Shown in pieces: positions 6,971 through 10,462 of a stretch of DNA of 10,462 bases. The stretch covers positions 1 through 10,462 of the forward strand of contig CAYOBS010000110.1 of the NCBI GenBank assembly GCA_964402305.1, in the 5' to 3' direction. The translations under genes and the position numbers were made by a program. Origin of the DNA: an uncultured Planctomycetaceae bacterium. Its GTDB lineage: Bacteria > Planctomycetota > Phycisphaerae > SM23-33. The notes under the pieces were generated by a model, which was not told the DNA's origin, searched no databases, and worked only from the letters and a program-made list of their open reading frames with translations. Positions within the stretch are counted from its first letter, which is position 1; every line of letters starts with the position of its first letter.

Positions 6971-8206
6971 TCATTTCTTCTCTTCCTGTGCCTTTGCGTG
7001 CTGAAGCACAACCGCGTCCAGGGCGCTTGCGCCAGCGTCTTCGAGGGCGGCCTTGGCGGCGAGGGACTCGACAAGGTCAACGCGGGCCGCGACGCCCTTG
7101 TCGCTGAGGGTGACGTTCCGCCCAGGCACGGCGATCAGGCGCAGTTCCACGCGGGCGCGGCAGGAGATCATGCCTTGCATCTCGGCCGCGTAGGCGCTCG
7201 TGCCCTCGCCCTCGAGCAGGAAGTCAACCTTCTTCTCACCGTATCGGCCCGTCTCCAGCAGCGACCGCTTCCAGTCGTCCACGGGGTCCTTTGGCACGAT
7301 TACCTCGATGCCGATGGCCTTGAGGCGGTTGGCGACGGCCATCTGTGCGGCGGGGTCAACCAGCGGGCGGTTGATGTGCGTTTCCGAGATGTCAACGAGG
7401 ATCACCTTGCCCGCCAGCGGTTTGGCGGCGGCGCGGACCTTGGCCAGGGCGGCGTCTTCCTCGGCGGCGACCGGCTTCTGAAGCTCGCGCACGTGCGGCG
7501 CCAGATCGCCCTTGAGCCGCTCCAGCAGGGCCTCCAGGCCGGCCTCCGCGGCGGACTTGGCCGATACCGTCGTCTGGACCGTCGTGCCCACGTCGATCAT
7601 CTTGAGCACGAGGTAGTTGGTCTGGCCGATCTTGCTGGCCCGCCCGACGATGACGTAATTGGCCGACAGGAACTTGCCCAGTTGCGCCGCCGACGCGGAG
7701 TCCACAAGGCCCGCCAGGGCCATCTTGTGCTCGTCGGCCACCTTCTTGATCTGGTCGCGGTTGACGATTGTCACCTTGTCCATCGCGGCCAGCATGGTGT
7801 TGACCTGGTCGGTCAGTGCAGCCGGCTCCATGTCCACGCCCTTGAGCACGTCGAAGTCGAACACCGCCACGCGGATCGGGCGAAGGGCCGATTGCGGATT
7901 GCGGACCTGCCTGCCGGCAGGCAGGTTGCCGGATTGCGGATTGTCCCGAGCTACGTCGAGGGGCGAATTGTCCTGGCCATGGGCGGGTTGAGTGCCGGCC
8001 GGGCGGATGCGGTTCCCCTTTCCGTCGGCGGCATGTTTTGCATCCTTGGCAGGTTTGGCGGCGACGGGCTTGCCATCCTGTCCGTCTCGCTCCTGTGCCG
8101 CCAGCGGCCCGGCCGCCAGCAGCAATGCCGCTACCGCGATCACAACAACCAGGCCGAGGCCCGCACGGGCGGCGGCCGCACAAATGAATCGCTTGTGGGT
8201 AGTCAT
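6971..8206 (-). CDS. Secreted two-domain periplasmic protein with CsgG/LpoB/TolB-N-like fold domain
   Basis: A Sec signal peptide 'RAGLGLVVVIAVAALLLAAGPLAAQE' is followed by a low-complexity K/A/Q-rich linker. Domain 1 is 'IRVAVFDFDVLKG...LTDQVNTMLAA...VTIVNRDQIKKVADEHKMALAGLVDSASAAQLGKFLSANYVIVGRASKIGQTNYLVLKMIDVGTT'. This matches the CsgG/TolB_N/LpoB-type pattern. A degenerate second copy follows. The ATG at 8206 overlaps the upstream gene's stop (ATGA). Confidence 0.7.
   Translation of the reverse strand: MTTHKRFICAAAARAGLGLVVVIAVAALLLAAGPLAAQERDGQDGKPVAAKPAKDAKHAADGKGNRIRPAGTQPAHGQDNSPLDVARDNPQSGNLPAGRQVRNPQSALRPIRVAVFDFDVLKGVDMEPAALTDQVNTMLAAMDKVTIVNRDQIKKVADEHKMALAGLVDSASAAQLGKFLSANYVIVGRASKIGQTNYLVLKMIDVGTTVQTTVSAKSAAEAGLEALLERLKGDLAPHVRELQKPVAAEEDAALAKVRAAAKPLAGKVILVDISETHINRPLVDPAAQMAVANRLKAIGIEVIVPKDPVDDWKRSLLETGRYGEKKVDFLLEGEGTSAYAAEMQGMISCRARVELRLIAVPGRNVTLSDKGVAARVDLVESLAAKAALEDAGASALDAVVLQHAKAQEEKK
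7888..7946. repeat. Composite repeat inside a CDS: (GATTGCG)2 – 20-bp perfect palindrome cctgcctgccggcaggcagg – (GATTGCG)2
   Basis: The palindrome spans 7906-7925 and is flanked by direct 'attgcggattgcgg' repeats. On the minus strand it reads caatccgcaatccg-[pal]-ccgcaatccgcaatc and encodes 'DNPQSGNLPAGRQVRNPQS' in the linker of the CsgG-like protein. Confidence 0.85.
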
Positions 8207-9681
8207 TGTTTCTTCTCCTCTTGTTGGCTCGGCGGCGCAAGCGGCACGCCGAGCTCGGTTAGTTTCAACATGAGTCGTATCTGGTTATCCTTCGAAGGCG
8301 GAAGCTCATCGTCGCTCAGCCAGACCACCCCCGGCCGGTTGATAGTCTTTTTTGCGCGGTCGAGCTTCAGCCATTCCCACTCGTCAAGCATCTTGTCGTC
8401 GCCGAGAATCACCAGCGGCGTCTGCTCCCATCGCCCCTTTGCTTTCAACGCCTTCACGTCGTCGGGAGTAGGGGCGCTGTCCCCCATCAAGTCGAGTACA
8501 AACACCGTGGTCCAGGCACGGTACGTGAGGGTCAGAGGCGCGTTGCCCAGAACAGGGCGAATCTTCGCCCACGCCAGACTCTTCTCCATTGGTTGCCGTT
8601 CAACGTCAGGCCACAGAACCCCGATCGACTTCTCCAGTGGGAGATGCTCCATCCCTGCCGCCGCTGCAATCATCTTGAGGAGCGCCGAATCGGCGGATTC
8701 AGCTCTTCCTAACTGAGCTTCCCACGGCAGGTAGCTCAGAAGGACCGGCAGATGGCCGCGACAGTCCTTCGATTCTCGACGGATCTCCTCCACCAGCGGC
8801 AGGCCATTGCCGTCTGCAATCCACGCCCAGCGGTTGGCGATGCCCGGCCAGCACTTGCGGCGGGATGAGAACTTCAGCGGTTGCGGCCAGTGCTGCTTGG
8901 CGATCTCCGCCAGCCCACCGAGCATCTGAGTCGGCGCAACGCTGACGGCCCCCGCCACGTCGCCGAACCATGTGGGTCCGAGGCTCACACCGCCGATCCA
9001 ATCGGCGTAGAAAATCAGAATATTGACCTTCTTGTCTTTGGCGAGTTTCGCCACGTCGGACAGGTCCTTCCCGGCGGCGGGGGGGCCGAGAATCAGCAAG
9101 CTCTTGCCCTTATCGTCGGCCGGGGCCAGCTTGGCGGATGCCAGGTCGTTGCTGATTTCTTTGACGGGCAGGCCCGTGGCCGCGACCCACTGGCGGAACC
9201 ACTCCGGCACCTCGCACGAATAGAGGGTAATGTTCTTGTCCCATTCCACCTTGCGGTCGGGATAGGTCACAAGCTGCCCCAACTCAATATCCGGAGAGTC
9301 GGCAGGCGTGGCTGAGAAGACCGTGGGAACCCGAACCGCGGGAGCTTCTATTCTTGCAGTATAACCGGGGAAAGTGCCCGTTAGCGCTGCCGCCACTGGC
9401 GCAGTCCAGGCGCGCCCGAAGGCACGCAGCACAACTCTTTTGACAATGGGACCCTTGGGTGCCCGCATCCACACCGTGACCTCCTGCCCCGATCGTGCGA
9501 AGGTGATCGGGACCTGCGGCAAGGCCGGTTGGCTCACGGAAGCGGGCGACGTGGTCGGTTGCGTCTCGGCCGATTGCGCCTGAGCGAATGCCGACGGCGG
9601 CAGCAATCCCGCCGCTAGGATGAGCGTCAGCCACCATATGGACTGCGGCGGCCTGGACGCCGCTTTGGATTTGTATGCCAT
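8203..9681 (-). CDS. Secreted hypothetical protein (493 aa), unknown function
   Basis: The start is chosen at the ATG at 9681, giving a classic signal peptide 'MAYKSKAASRPPQSIWWLTLILAAGLLPPSAFAQAQ'. The upstream part of the 569-aa ORF is repeat DNA and not protein-like. The stop overlaps the start of the next gene. It has no recognisable catalytic motifs. The segment 'LLILGPPAAGK...KVNILIFYADWIGG' suggests an alpha/beta fold. Confidence 0.7.
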   Translation of the reverse strand: MAYKSKAASRPPQSIWWLTLILAAGLLPPSAFAQAQSAETQPTTSPASVSQPALPQVPITFARSGQEVTVWMRAPKGPIVKRVVLRAFGRAWTAPVAAALTGTFPGYTARIEAPAVRVPTVFSATPADSPDIELGQLVTYPDRKVEWDKNITLYSCEVPEWFRQWVAATGLPVKEISNDLASAKLAPADDKGKSLLILGPPAAGKDLSDVAKLAKDKKVNILIFYADWIGGVSLGPTWFGDVAGAVSVAPTQMLGGLAEIAKQHWPQPLKFSSRRKCWPGIANRWAWIADGNGLPLVEEIRRESKDCRGHLPVLLSYLPWEAQLGRAESADSALLKMIAAAAGMEHLPLEKSIGVLWPDVERQPMEKSLAWAKIRPVLGNAPLTLTYRAWTTVFVLDLMGDSAPTPDDVKALKAKGRWEQTPLVILGDDKMLDEWEWLKLDRAKKTINRPGVVWLSDDELPPSKDNQIRLMLKLTELGVPLAPPSQQEEKKQ

Positions 9682-9780
9682 GGGGCGAGCCAAAGCGGTG
9701 TCGTCGTCCTGCTTCGCCCCTCCTTCGCTAAGGCTACGGAGGGCTTCGCAGGACTTGCCACCGCAGTCCATAAAGGCCGC

Positions 9781-9908
9781 GGCTTCGCCGTGGCAAGCAA
9801 TCCGCTCCCGGCGCGCCGGGACGCAATCCGCCCGGCTTCGCCTGTTGGCTTCGCTGTGGCAAGCAATCCGCAATCCGCTCCCGGCGCGCCGGGACGCAAT
9901 CCGCAATC
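9781..9908. repeat. Two tandem copies of a ~50-60-bp composite repeat: ggcttcgc[c/t]gtggcaagc–(AATCCGC)1-2–tcccggcgcgccggga–cgcaatccgc(aatc)
   Basis: Copy 1 spans 9781-9831 and copy 2 spans 9847-9908. Each contains the perfect 16-bp palindrome tcccggcgcgccggga (9806-9821 and 9879-9894), flanked by direct AATCCGC heptads. A partial 'ccggcttcgcc' lies between the copies. The array fills the spacer between two minus-strand genes and abuts a stop codon at 9909. Confidence 0.9.
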
Positions 9909-10460
9909 TCATCTGTTCCCCTCCTGCGGCATGGCCCAGGCGGCGGCCTCGACGTTGAGCACGCGATCGCCCATCGCCAGTTGCCCCAGCGGCGCCTCGG
10001 CCATGCCAAGTCGGCGCTGCCCGCTGATGCTCGCGACGGGCGCAGTCCTGAGTTTGTTGAAGGGCGCCTCCTGCGACTGGCCGTCCATGGCGATCGCGTA
10101 GCGCATCTCCACCTTGCCGTTGACGGCCCGCGGCGCGAGATACACGCGCAGGCCCGCCTGGCCCGACATCTCGGCCGGCAACTCGATAACGGTCGGGGCG
10201 TCCTCCCGGCAGACAATCACGATGGTCCGCGCTGCCTGCGCCGAGCGTGACGAAACGGCCGCGCCGGCAACTGCGGGGTCCAGCCTCAGCAGCACGGCGA
10301 TTAGAGGCCGGCCAGCCTCCGTCCCCCTTGCGGAGGCCAGCCGAATGTTCTGGTCATCGGCGGCGTACCAGGCCAGCGGCCCGGCCACCGATTCGTGCAG
10401 GGCGAACACCTTCGCAACCTGCCGCATCTGCTCGGGCGTCACCTGAATCGCGGCCAGCGC
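9909..10460 (-). CDS. Hypothetical protein, partial (N-terminus beyond the window edge or GTG start at 10442)
   Basis: The ORF stays open to the window end in this frame, and the stop is at 9909-9911. The translation is protein-like ('...IVIVCREDAPTVIELPAEMSGQAGLRVYLAPRAVNGKVEMRYAIAMDG...') with no recognisable family. Confidence 0.55.
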   Translation of the reverse strand, partial: ALAAIQVTPEQMRQVAKVFALHESVAGPLAWYAADDQNIRLASARGTEAGRPLIAVLLRLDPAVAGAAVSSRSAQAARTIVIVCREDAPTVIELPAEMSGQAGLRVYLAPRAVNGKVEMRYAIAMDGQSQEAPFNKLRTAPVASISGQRRLGMAEAPLGQLAMGDRVLNVEAAAWAMPQEGNR

Positions 10461-10462
10461 GG

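Noticed and set aside
9781-9908. Possible CRISPR array (direct repeats with internal palindrome)
   Set aside because: There are only two copies. The repeats are ~50-60 bp and share flanking sequence rather than being separated by unique spacers. No cas genes are present. This is better explained as a REP-like composite repeat.
9682-9912. Longer N-terminus for the 493-aa protein (569-aa ORF starting at 9912)
   Set aside because: The extra 77 residues are translated repeat DNA ('ADCVPARRERIA' echoes). They would bury an otherwise perfect N-terminal signal peptide that begins at MAYKSK.

Overview
The window is a high-GC (~65%) bacterial chromosomal segment, possibly a Planctomycetota-like lineage. 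I call nine protein-coding genes.

Plus strand:
- The 3' end of dxr (DXP reductoisomerase).
- An unusually long (713 aa) RseP-type M50 site-2 protease.
- No other plus-strand genes follow.

Minus strand, right to left:
- A partial hypothetical gene at the window edge.
- A 227-bp repeat-filled spacer.
- A 493-aa signal-peptide protein of unknown function.
- A two-domain CsgG/LpoB/TolB-N-like periplasmic protein. Its start is translationally coupled to the preceding gene through an ATGA overlap.
- A 415-bp spacer.
- An nfeD–flotillin (floT-like) operon.
- A class I SAM methyltransferase.

A 620-bp lower-GC, gene-poor island separates the convergent rseP and methyltransferase genes.

The most unusual signal is not in the proteins. 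A family of short composite repeats recurs about a dozen times. Each is built from tandem AATCCGC heptads flanking GC-rich perfect palindromes.
- The copies sit in intergenic regions.
- Some abut stop codons.
- One copy lies in frame inside the linker of the CsgG-like gene.

Two other non-coding structures stand out:
- A 62-bp near-perfect AT-rich palindrome between floT and the methyltransferase.
- A 19-bp tandem direct repeat upstream of nfeD.

No tRNA, rRNA, CRISPR array or recognisable IS/transposase is present. The long antisense ORFs are judged to be GC artefacts.
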